Source: an uncultured Clostridia bacterium
GTDB taxonomy: Bacteria > Bacillota > Clostridia > Oscillospirales > Ruminococcaceae
Direction: 5' to 3'
Assembly (NCBI GenBank): GCA_947630555.1
Contig: CANRIA010000002.1
Span: 112,482 to 176,481, forward strand
DNA length: 64,000 nt
The translations under genes were made by a program, and so were the position numbers. Below are positions 28,403-39,700 of the stretch, one piece after another. The notes under the pieces were generated by a model, which saw only the letters and a program-made list of their open reading frames with translations, was not told the origin of the DNA and did not search any database. The stretch's first letter is position 1. The number at the start of each line of letters is the position of its first letter.

Positions 28403-28834
28403 TCAGAATGGTCTGGTGTTGTCGTTAAGACCTGCTTGCGCCCAAAGTTTTCTTGAACTGCCCGATGCCTTAACGCTCATAAGTTTAAGTTTTTTGCCGC
28501 TTGATGCGCTTATTGCGGCTATTGCGGCAGAAATAACGGCTATTATCTCTTCGCTGATGCCGTCGCTTTCGGGCGGCACTGCTGCGGTGGTATCTTCAAC
28601 CTTAGCTGCGGCGGCAGGAGGTGCACTTTGTTTAACTTCCTGCTCCTGCTTTACTGCTTTTGCTTTTTTAACTTTCTTGGGCTTTGGCTTTCTTGAAAAG
28701 ACAAGTCCGAACAGTTTGAATACAATAATAAGCAGCAAAAGCGCTAAAAATACAACTGCAAGTCCCGTCAGCACGACTGACGCAACATATGAACCTTCCA
28801 TTTTCATAAATGAAGTGGGTATGCTTATCTGCAT
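28403..28834 (-). CDS. OadG-like small subunit of Na+-translocating decarboxylase
   Basis: ATG at 28834 follows GGGGAGAG. It has one N-terminal TM, a Lys/Ala/Pro-rich linker and a conserved C-terminal segment, and lies immediately upstream of the beta subunit. Confidence 0.6.
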   Translation of the reverse strand: MQISIPTSFMKMEGSYVASVVLTGLAVVFLALLLLIIVFKLFGLVFSRKPKPKKVKKAKAVKQEQEVKQSAPPAAAAKVEDTTAAVPPESDGISEEIIAVISAAIAAISASSGKKLKLMSVKASGSSRKLWAQAGLNDNTRPF

Positions 28835-28934
28835 TATGTTCTCTCCCCTATACGCATTATGATTTTATTATACACTAAAACGAGAAATTTTACAAGATGT
28901 TTTGGCATATTTTCTGAAAAAATCGCCCTGCAAA

Positions 28935-28965
28935 TTTAAAGAGCAGCTTTCCTGCACTGCTCTTA
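28935..28965 (-). terminator. Terminator of the atp operon
   Basis: On the minus strand the stem agagcag..ctgctct is followed by TTTAAATTT, 36 nt after the atpC stop. Confidence 0.55.
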
Positions 28966-29000
28966 TAAATATTGTACTAATCAACTAAGCGACTAAGAGA

Positions 29001-29255
29001 TTAAGAGACCAACTGCGACAAAATAACGGTCTGTTCCTTGCCGACTTTTATAAAGCCGCCGTCACAAGTCATACGCTTTTCGGTATTATCGCTGTAGATA
29101 ACGCGAAACTCGCCTTGTTTCAGCATTGAAACATATGGAACGTGATCTGCCATTATGCCTATATCGCCCGATGTTGTTTTGACTATAGTTTTAACAACAT
29201 TTTCTTCGGTGCGGCTCTCTTTCGGGGTAACGATCTTTAAAGTATATGTTTTCAT
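29001..29255 (-). CDS. atpC: F-type ATP synthase epsilon subunit, short form (84 aa, beta-sandwich only)
   Basis: The N-terminal epsilon pattern (LKIVTP..GDIGIMADHVP..L..G...) is present. The ORF ends at the domain boundary, and stops follow in all frames. Confidence 0.8.
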   Translation of the reverse strand: MKTYTLKIVTPKESRTEENVVKTIVKTTSGDIGIMADHVPYVSMLKQGEFRVIYSDNTEKRMTCDGGFIKVGKEQTVILSQLVS

Positions 29256-29273
29256 AAAACGCTCCCCTATCGT

Positions 29274-30674
<1,401 letters not shown>

Positions 30675-30701
30675 TTAAATCAGTCCTTTTTATCTGGAAT
30701 G

Positions 30702-31565
30702 TTAATTATTTCTGAGAGTACCCGACATTATCTCGGTGAGTTCCTGCGTTATCTGAGCCTGTCTTGCTCTGTTATACAGCAGTGATAGGTCATTTATCAT
30801 GGCATCGGCGTTGTCGGTAGCATTTTCCATAGCTGTACGCCTTGCGGCAAGCTCGGAAGCATAGGAATCTGCAATAGCGCTGTAAACAATGCCGTTTAAA
30901 TACTGCGGAATAAGGCTTTCAAAAAGCTCCTCCTCTGAGGGCTCGTAGATAGTCAGGCTTTTAGCCTTTTTATCGTTTGAAAGCGTATCTATCGGCAGCA
31001 CCTTTACCACCATAGGCTCCTGCGAGAGCGTAGAAACAAACGTTGTATACACAAGTTCAACACTGCCTATCTCCTGCAATTTCATATTGCTCATTATATA
31101 GCCCGAGATCTCATCAAGCACCGACTGCTCGGTATTGTCAAAAATGCCGCTGTATTTCAGTTTTACATCATAACTGCGCTTTTCAAAGTAATCTATTGAC
31201 TTTTTGCCTATTGCGATTATCTTTATCTTATTGCCCGAGGCTGCTATCTCATCGCACCTTGCCTGCGCGGCTTTCAGCACGTTATGGTTAAAGCCTCCTG
31301 CAAGTCCCCTGTCCCCTGCTATAACGATAAGCAAATTTGTCTTTCTGAACTGCGGCGCGACAAACAGCGATCTTATGCTTCTGTCGTTTGATATATCGCA
31401 CATGGTCTCATACAGAGTATTGAAAAAAGGCTGGGCGGCATCGGCTTTTTCTTTAGCTTTTCTCAGCTTTGAAGAAGCAACAAGCTCCATAGCTTTGGTT
31501 ATCTGCTTTGTGCTTTCAACGCTTTTAATACGCCTGCGCACGGCTTTCATATTAGCAGTAGCCAT
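30702..31565 (-). CDS. atpG: F-type ATP synthase gamma subunit
   Basis: The N-terminus is ..IKSVESTKQITKAMELVASSKLRKA and the C-terminus is ..RQAQITQEL.EI. Confidence 0.93.
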   Translation of the reverse strand: MATANMKAVRRRIKSVESTKQITKAMELVASSKLRKAKEKADAAQPFFNTLYETMCDISNDRSIRSLFVAPQFRKTNLLIVIAGDRGLAGGFNHNVLKAAQARCDEIAASGNKIKIIAIGKKSIDYFEKRSYDVKLKYSGIFDNTEQSVLDEISGYIMSNMKLQEIGSVELVYTTFVSTLSQEPMVVKVLPIDTLSNDKKAKSLTIYEPSEEELFESLIPQYLNGIVYSAIADSYASELAARRTAMENATDNADAMINDLSLLYNRARQAQITQELTEIMSGTLRNN

Positions 31566-31596
31566 TTTTCACACTCCTTTACCGCAAATTATTATT

Positions 31597-33108
31597 TCAC
31601 TCGCCCAAAAACTTCTTGTTGAACTGTATCAGCACATCATTAAGTTTCTGCTGGTTTTCTGCTGTTAAGTCTTTGGTATCTAAAATAGACTGATAAATAT
31701 CAAAATTCGTATGCTCGATATGATCGAACAGCTCTTTCTGATACCTGTCTATATCTTCAACCGGGATATCTTTAAGATAATTATTTACTACCGCATAGAT
31801 TATAACCACCTGCTGCTCAACTCTCAGCGGCTCGTTTCTGCCCTGTTTGAGCACGGCAACAATTCTTTCGCCCTGCGCCAGTCTGTCTTTGGTATCTTTA
31901 TCAAGGTCAGAACCGAACTGCGAGAACGATTGCAATTCTCTGTACTGAGAATAAAGCAGTTTAAGCGAGCCGGACACCTTTTTCATGGCTTTTATCTGTG
32001 CTGCACCGCCAACACGCGATACCGATATACCCGGGTTTACGGCAGGTCTTATACCCGAATAGAAAAGTTCTGTTTCAAGGAATATCTGACCGTCGGTAAT
32101 GGATATAACGTTTGTTGGTATATATGCTGAAACGTCGCCTGCCTGCGTTTCTATAATAGGCAGTGCGGTCAGTGTACCGCCGCCGTACTTTTCGTTAAGA
32201 CTGCAAGCGCGTTCCAAAAGTCTTGAATGAAGATAGAAAACATCTCCCGGGTATGCCTCACGACCCGTAGGTCTTTGCAGAAGCAGCGACATCGTTCTGT
32301 ATGCCACCGCGTGTTTTGAAAGGTCGTCATACACACAGAGAACATCTTTGCCTTGCAGCATAAAATGCTCACCTATAGCGCAGCCCGAATACGGCGCAAT
32401 ATATTGCAGCGGTGCAAGCTCCGAGGCTGTGGCGGCAACTATTATCGTATAATCCATAGCGCCTGCTTTTTCAAGCATTTCATAAACGTTTGAAACTGTA
32501 GAACGCTTCTGACCTATAGCTACATATATGCAGATAACGTCTTTGCCCTTTTGGTTGATTATGGTATCGAGGGCTATGGCTGTTTTACCTGTCTGTCTGT
32601 CGCCTATTATAAGTTCTCTTTGTCCTCTGCCTATGGGTATCATAGAGTCTATTGCCTTTATACCTGTTTGCAGAGGCTTGCTTACTGGCTTTCTTGTAAT
32701 TATACCGAACGCAGGCGTTTCAATAGGTCTGCTTTCTTTTGTAAGAACAGCTCCTTTGCCGTCGATAGGCTCACCGAGAGCATTAACAACTCTGCCGAGC
32801 ATTTCTTCGCCGACGGGAACAGAAACTATCTTGCCTGTGCGCTTTACCTGCATTCCCTCTTTTACTTCGTTGTCAGAACCCAGGAGCACCGCGCCGACAA
32901 AGTTTTTTTCAAGGTTGAGAGCCATGCCGGAAACGCCGCATTCAAATTCAAGCAGCTCGCCGCTCATGCAGTCATCAAGACCGTGAATTTTAGAAATACC
33001 GTCGCCCACGGTAACAACAGTACCTACGTCATTGAGCTCCAGCTTGCTTCTGTAATTCTTTATCTGGTGCTTGATAATATTTGTAATATCATCAGTATGC
33101 AAATTCAT
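31597..33108 (-). CDS. atpA: F-type ATP synthase alpha subunit
   Basis: Walker A is GDRQTGKT and the whole length shows the alpha-subunit pattern. Confidence 0.95.
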   Translation of the reverse strand: MNLHTDDITNIIKHQIKNYRSKLELNDVGTVVTVGDGISKIHGLDDCMSGELLEFECGVSGMALNLEKNFVGAVLLGSDNEVKEGMQVKRTGKIVSVPVGEEMLGRVVNALGEPIDGKGAVLTKESRPIETPAFGIITRKPVSKPLQTGIKAIDSMIPIGRGQRELIIGDRQTGKTAIALDTIINQKGKDVICIYVAIGQKRSTVSNVYEMLEKAGAMDYTIIVAATASELAPLQYIAPYSGCAIGEHFMLQGKDVLCVYDDLSKHAVAYRTMSLLLQRPTGREAYPGDVFYLHSRLLERACSLNEKYGGGTLTALPIIETQAGDVSAYIPTNVISITDGQIFLETELFYSGIRPAVNPGISVSRVGGAAQIKAMKKVSGSLKLLYSQYRELQSFSQFGSDLDKDTKDRLAQGERIVAVLKQGRNEPLRVEQQVVIIYAVVNNYLKDIPVEDIDRYQKELFDHIEHTNFDIYQSILDTKDLTAENQQKLNDVLIQFNKKFLGE

Positions 33109-33129
33109 GTTTATCAGACCTTTCCTATG

Positions 33130-33678
33130 CTATAACGCTGCCAAAGCCGTTTTAAGCTTAGCAAGCCTGCCTTTTATGCTGGCATCTATCTGCGTATCGT
33201 TATAATTTACTACAATACCGCCGATAAGAGCCTCATCTATCTCTTCAATAAGAATGATATTCATTCCCGTAAAGCTCTCCAGCTTGCTTTTAAGCTTCTG
33301 CCTTTGCTGTTCGCCGAGATGCATGGTAGTTTTAACGGTAACTTCAACGATATTTTCGTCCTGATAATACAGCGACTTGAAACTTTTGCAAATCTGTGAA
33401 AAATCGGTGATATGCCTGTTTTCGGTCAAAACGCATATAAAATCATAGACGGTATCGGAAATATTGCCCTCAAAGGCATTTTTGAGCATATCAAGTTTTT
33501 CTTCTTCTGTAATTACAGGAGAAGACAGCAGCATTACAAAATCGCCGTTATCAGCAAAAATTTGGTCAATTCCACAAAGCTCGTCATAAACGTCTTTAAC
33601 GCTCTGTTCGCTTTCTTTGCACAGAGAAAACAACGCCAGAGCATAATTATTGACATACTGCTCAATCATCGCTTTCAC
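33130..33678 (-). CDS. atpH: F-type ATP synthase delta subunit (OSCP)
   Basis: The size, operon position and C-terminal ..GGIVV...D..IDASI..RL pattern all fit. Confidence 0.85.
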   Translation of the reverse strand: MKAMIEQYVNNYALALFSLCKESEQSVKDVYDELCGIDQIFADNGDFVMLLSSPVITEEEKLDMLKNAFEGNISDTVYDFICVLTENRHITDFSQICKSFKSLYYQDENIVEVTVKTTMHLGEQQRQKLKSKLESFTGMNIILIEEIDEALIGGIVVNYNDTQIDASIKGRLAKLKTALAAL

Positions 33679-34177
33679 CTATGTTGTCTATAAATTCATC
33701 GATCAGTCTCTCGTTATCCTGCCTGCTGATCTCTTTCCCTACAAGCGTCTGAGCAACGTCGAACGCAATATCGGTTATATCATTCTTTACAGAGTTTACT
33801 GCACGGCGTTTTTCGCGCTCTACTTCTGTATGAGCCTTGTCTATGATCTCCCTTGCTTCACGGTTTGCATCGTCAATTATCTTGTCTCCGCGCTCCTGAG
33901 CTTTCTTGGTTGTATCGCGCATTATGGCTTCGGATTCTTCATGAGCTTTATCCAGTTTTGCGGCATACTCTTCTTCAAGCTCTTTAGCGTGAAGTTTGGT
34001 TTCATCTGCCTCTTCAAAAGAATCGGCAATCTCCTTCTGCCTGTTTTCAATTACAGAATTGACACGCTTAAAAAGTATAAATTTGAGTATCAGAAACAAG
34101 ATCAAAAGATTCAACAGAGTTGCAATTATCGAAGTAGGATTGATAGAAATGAACTCAGTCACTTTTGCGTATAGCAT
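33662..34177 (-). CDS. atpF: F-type ATP synthase b subunit
   Basis: It has a single N-terminal TM followed by a long charged helix, and sits in the expected operon position. Confidence 0.85.
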   Translation of the reverse strand: MLYAKVTEFISINPTSIIATLLNLLILFLILKFILFKRVNSVIENRQKEIADSFEEADETKLHAKELEEEYAAKLDKAHEESEAIMRDTTKKAQERGDKIIDDANREAREIIDKAHTEVEREKRRAVNSVKNDITDIAFDVAQTLVGKEISRQDNERLIDEFIDNIGESDD

Positions 34178-34201
34178 TTTCGTATACTCCTCGCTTTTAA
34201 A

Positions 34202-35184
<983 letters not shown>

Positions 35185-35198
<14 letters not shown>

Positions 35199-35601
35199 CA
35201 GCTTTTCCCTTCTTTACAAAATGTACATAGTACAGAATAAATTTTGGAAAGAATTGCGGTATCAGCACGCCGAGAGGATTATAAAGGCTGGTTTCAAAGC
35301 CTATAAAGCACAGGGCAAACAGCAAGGCAAATCTTGCCATATAGCAGATACGCATTTTTCTTTTTGCCTTACGCACGTCTTTCATTTGCGAAATGGCATT
35401 TACGGTATCGGCAAGATAGATATAACACACCGCCATACAGCCCCAGCCGATAAGCAATCCACAAAACATCGAAAAGTCGGGGTTTATTATCAGGCTGACA
35501 AGGAATGACGCGGCAGTAAGCGCACCGCCCATGCGAACTATGGCTGAAAGTTCTCTGCTCATAGGAGAGGACTTAAAAAGCTGTCTTATATTTTTTAGCA
35601 T
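35185..35601 (-). CDS. atpI: ATP synthase protein I (AtpI-like)
   Basis: It is a small 4-TM protein, the first gene of the operon, and overlaps atpB. The start was trimmed to the ATG at 35601. Confidence 0.65.
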
Positions 35602-35656
35602 GACCCAGCCCACTCCTTTCACAGCTTGTTATATCCATTAAATAACATACAAAATT

Positions 35657-35685
35657 ATTATACACCAAATTTTGTGCCTTGTCAA
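35657..35685 (-). promoter_or_regulatory. Consensus sigma-A promoter of the atp operon
   Basis: On the minus strand: TTGACA (35685-35680), a 17-nt spacer, then TATAAT (35662-35657) preceded by TG. Confidence 0.65.
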
Positions 35686-35780
35686 TCATTACAAGATAAA
35701 TTTTATCTATATTTTGATTTTAAGTAAAAACAAAGAGGGCTACCCCGTTTAAAGAAAGCCCCCATTGACTTTATATTCAG

Positions 35781-36629
35781 TTATTTTGTGAAGAACAGCA
35801 CGCCCAGAGTGCCTTTACCACAGTGTGTGCACACCGTTGCGCCTGCCGAAGTTACAAGTACCTCTTTGAACGGCTGATACTTTTTGACTTCTTCAACTGC
35901 CATATCAACAAGCTTTTTATCCATAGGCGAATGTGTAACGAATATCCTGTCAAGCTGAACGTCCGTTCTGTCTTTCAGCTTAGATGCTATATACTGCGGA
36001 AGCACCTTGTCCAGATTTCCTCTGAATTTTTTGCCAACGCCCATTGCGCCGTCGTGTACTTCGATACAAGGTTTCAGATTTAAAAGGTTTGCGCCCAGCG
36101 CCGCCAGCGCCGAACATCTGCCGCCTTTACGAAGATTATCAAGCTTATTTATAACAAAGCTGACATCAAGGCGTTTTTTCATCTCGTCAAGCTTATCGGC
36201 AATTTCTTTGGCGGTCATCTCGCCGTCAAGAGCCATTTCTGCGGCTGCAACTGCCAGATGCCCCGAACCTGTAGATAAATTGTAACTGTCTACCGGGTAA
36301 ACATCGCCCAGTTCCTCAGCGGCAAGGCAGCAGTTTTGGTAGCATGAACTGAATTTGCTGCTTATATTGATATGAACTATCTTATATCCGCGCTCAATAT
36401 AGGGTCTGAACTTTTCGATATACTCAGACACCGTAACTGCCGAAGATTTTGGCAGTGCCGCCTTGTTTTCAGACATATCAAGCAGTTCTTTGCCGTTTAT
36501 ATCAACGGTATCGAGATACTCATTATCATCTATAAGCACATGGAGCGGCATAACGCCTATATCATACTTTTCGTACAAGCTTTGGCTAAGATCGCAGGTA
36601 GAATCGCAAAAAACCTTTACTCTTTCCAT
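35781..36629 (-). CDS. DegV-family fatty-acid-binding protein
   Basis: The N-terminus is VKVFCDSTCDL and the whole length shows the DegV pattern. Confidence 0.88.
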   Translation of the reverse strand: MERVKVFCDSTCDLSQSLYEKYDIGVMPLHVLIDDNEYLDTVDINGKELLDMSENKAALPKSSAVTVSEYIEKFRPYIERGYKIVHINISSKFSSCYQNCCLAAEELGDVYPVDSYNLSTGSGHLAVAAAEMALDGEMTAKEIADKLDEMKKRLDVSFVINKLDNLRKGGRCSALAALGANLLNLKPCIEVHDGAMGVGKKFRGNLDKVLPQYIASKLKDRTDVQLDRIFVTHSPMDKKLVDMAVEEVKKYQPFKEVLVTSAGATVCTHCGKGTLGVLFFTK

Positions 36630-36676
36630 ATAAATACCTCACAGCGTAAGACTTGGGGTGACATTTCGTTAAAAAT

Positions 36677-36705
36677 ATTATACTACACTTTTTAAAATAA
36701 ATCAA
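36677..36705 (-). promoter_or_regulatory. Sigma-A-type promoter for degV
   Basis: On the minus strand: TTGATT (36705-36700), a 17-nt spacer, then TATAAT (36682-36677), just downstream of the giant ORF stop. Confidence 0.5.
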
Positions 36706-36715
36706 TAGTTATTTA

Positions 36716-39700
36716 TTAAATTAGTGAAATTTTTCCGCTTTCAGGCGAAATGCTTATCTTTCCCCTGCTCTTGCAAAGAACTATGCCTTCGGTAATAGAG
36801 GTTTCCATGGTCGGCGTTGTTCTTGTATAGCCAAAGCACCTTGCAACTTCTCTTGTAAGGTCTGCACGGGTAAGGGTGAGCTGTTTTTCAAGAACATACA
36901 TAGCGGCGTTAGCTATCTCCTCGGCGCATATGTCATCTATCGGGCGCCTCTCGCCGTCTGCCATTCTGAAATAGTTCATATTTTCAGGTGTAACTTCACC
37001 ACTCCACACAAATGCAGAATTATTTGACTTTGTAATGGTGCAGTCAAGGCTGCCTAGAATATCTGTAAGGTATGCATCTGCTTTAGCGGTGCTTCTTGGT
37101 GCGCCGAAAGCCGCAAGAGTTTGTTTGAACAAAGTTTTCCTGCTAACAGGCGCTAGGGCATTTATAACGTCGCGCATGGTCTTTTTCAGCATAGGCGCAT
37201 ACCCGGGTGAATACAGGTCTGTCGGCGTACCTATAGCGGCAGGCGTGAACATCACAAATTTCTTTACCCTGTCGCTTGTTTCCTCAGTTTCGGTATCCTT
37301 CGCAAAGCTGTTTTCACTTACCGAAATGCTTGCCTTTTGTTCCTCCTGTTCAATATTGCCGTTCAGTGCATCATTTATTGCTGCAAGAATAGTTTTCATT
37401 ACCTTTTGCTTGTCATCAAACCAGTCAAGCGACCATATATGTATAAGATTCCAGCCCAGACCGCGCAGTACAGAAGGCAGCGAAAGATCGCGGTCATTTG
37501 CGGTTTTTGCAAGCTTACAGCTGTCACCGTCGCACATTATGCCTAAGATATATTCACTGCTGTTTCTCGGGTCTATAACGCCTATGTCTACTTTACATTC
37601 CGAGCAGCCTATGTTGCATCTTACCGCATAGCCTGCCTTTTCTATCTCAGCCGCAACAAGCTTTTCTATGCAGCGCTCAGACCTTTCCTCTGCTGCGCTG
37701 TGTACTGTAAGAGCGGCTCTGCCCTTTTGAGCAAATTCAAGAAAACCTTTAAGCCCCTCAACGCCCTCTGAAGATGTGCGCGACATATCTATCATATCAT
37801 AAGTAATAGTTGAAAATACCGTCATGCACTTTCTTGCGCGTGATATAGCAACGTTAAGCCTGCGCCAGCCGCCGTCTTTGTTGATAGGGCCGAAATTCAT
37901 TGAAACTTTGCCGTTTTTGTCAGGTCCATAACCTACCGAGAACAAAATAACATCTCTTTCATCACCCTGAACGTTTTCAAGGTTCTTTATAAACAGCGGC
38001 TCGTAAAGCTCGTCAGCAAGCTGTTCAAGTTCGGGTCTTTCGCGGAATTTGTCGCTGAGCATATCGTCAATAAGCGCCTGCTGAACAATGCTGAAAGTAA
38101 CAATGCCTATGCTCTCTTTTCTAAGCTCCTCGTCGTCAAGTCGGCGTTCTATCTCTTTAACAATAGCTTCCGCCTCGGCGCGGTTCTGCTTTGTGCCGCC
38201 CTTGTCGTAATAGCCGTCAACTTTAACCAAAGTTACCTTGCTTTCAAGGTCGTTGGGCGACGGGAAAGTATACAGCTTGTTATCGTAATAACGGGCGTTG
38301 CTGTATGCAATAAGGCTCTCATGCCTCGACCTGTAATGCCAAAACAGGTGTTCCTGCGGCATTGAGATCGCAAGACAGTCATCAAGAACGCTTTCAAGAT
38401 CTTCTTTTTCGTAGTTTTCTTCGTCAACATGGCTTACCGAGAAAAAGCTGGTAGGCGGCATCTGCTTGGGGTCGCCGACAACAACAACGCTGCTGCCCCT
38501 TGCTATCGCTCCGACAGCCTCGCTTGTAGGCAGCTGAGAAGCCTCATCAAATATAACAAGGTCAAATTTTGGGTATGACGGGTCTATATACTGCGCCACC
38601 GAGATAGGGCTCATCAGCATACACGGGCATATTCTGTGCAAAAGCGAGGGTATGCTGTCAAACAGCTTACGTATGGGCATCAGTCTGCCGGCCGATTTGA
38701 TTGCTTTCAGAAGTATGCCTATTTCAGAAGAACCTGCCATTTGACCGCCTGAGAACGGCACTTTTGCCGAAAGCTTGGCGACAAGTTCATTTATTGTAAG
38801 CATACGGAATTCATCAGTAACATCGGAAAATTTAGCGATAAGGTCTTCAAAACTTCTGCCGCTGAATGATGACAATACACTGCTGCCCTCTATCTCATAC
38901 ACTGCGGTAGAATAGCCCAAAGCGCACAGCAGGCTCTCGCACATGTCATCGGCTGTAACAGTGCCATTCTCAAGCGCTGTGCTCAGCTGCGGCAGACCTG
39001 CGCCTGTTACATCGTCCATAGCTCTTAAAAGCTGCGAACGCTCTTTTATTTTGTCAACATAAATCTGCCAGCTTGAATAACGCTTTTCGCACTCCGAGAG
39101 CCAGTTTTCGTTATCAGCCGCGGCGTTGTATTCGGTACAGAAAGCATCATATGTTTGCGTTAACGTATTAAACTGCTCAACATAATTTTGTGCAATTGCG
39201 CTGTTTTTAAGCGAAAGACAGCTTTCAACCGTGATACCGTTTTCTTTCATAATACTGTGGGCGGTAAGATTATCTTTTATAACACTTTCAGCCTGCTGCC
39301 ATTTGGTATTCTCACCGAGCCACACATTTTTAATAATGCTTGTGATAGTTGCATCTGCCGAGGTTATCGTTTTGTAGAGTTCCTCGCGGCGGCAAAGCTT
39401 ATCAATAAGCTCAGGGCAGTTTTCTTTGCTTATGCTGTCGGCATTTTTAGCGTGTAGTTTCAGTTGTTTTGCCGTTTTGCTCTGCCCTATCGCCTTTGCC
39501 AGAAACCAGCTCGAAGATGCTTTTTTCCATTCAAGCTTTAAATTTTGGGCGTTTATACTAAACACGCTGTTTTCAAATATCTGCGATAGCTCTTGCGCGG
39601 CGGTATCAAACTGCTTGCCGCTTTCTATAAGCGATAAGATATAGTCAGTCCTCTGCCCCTCTGCGCTGCCGTTTAATATATCATTTATATATATCGGGCA

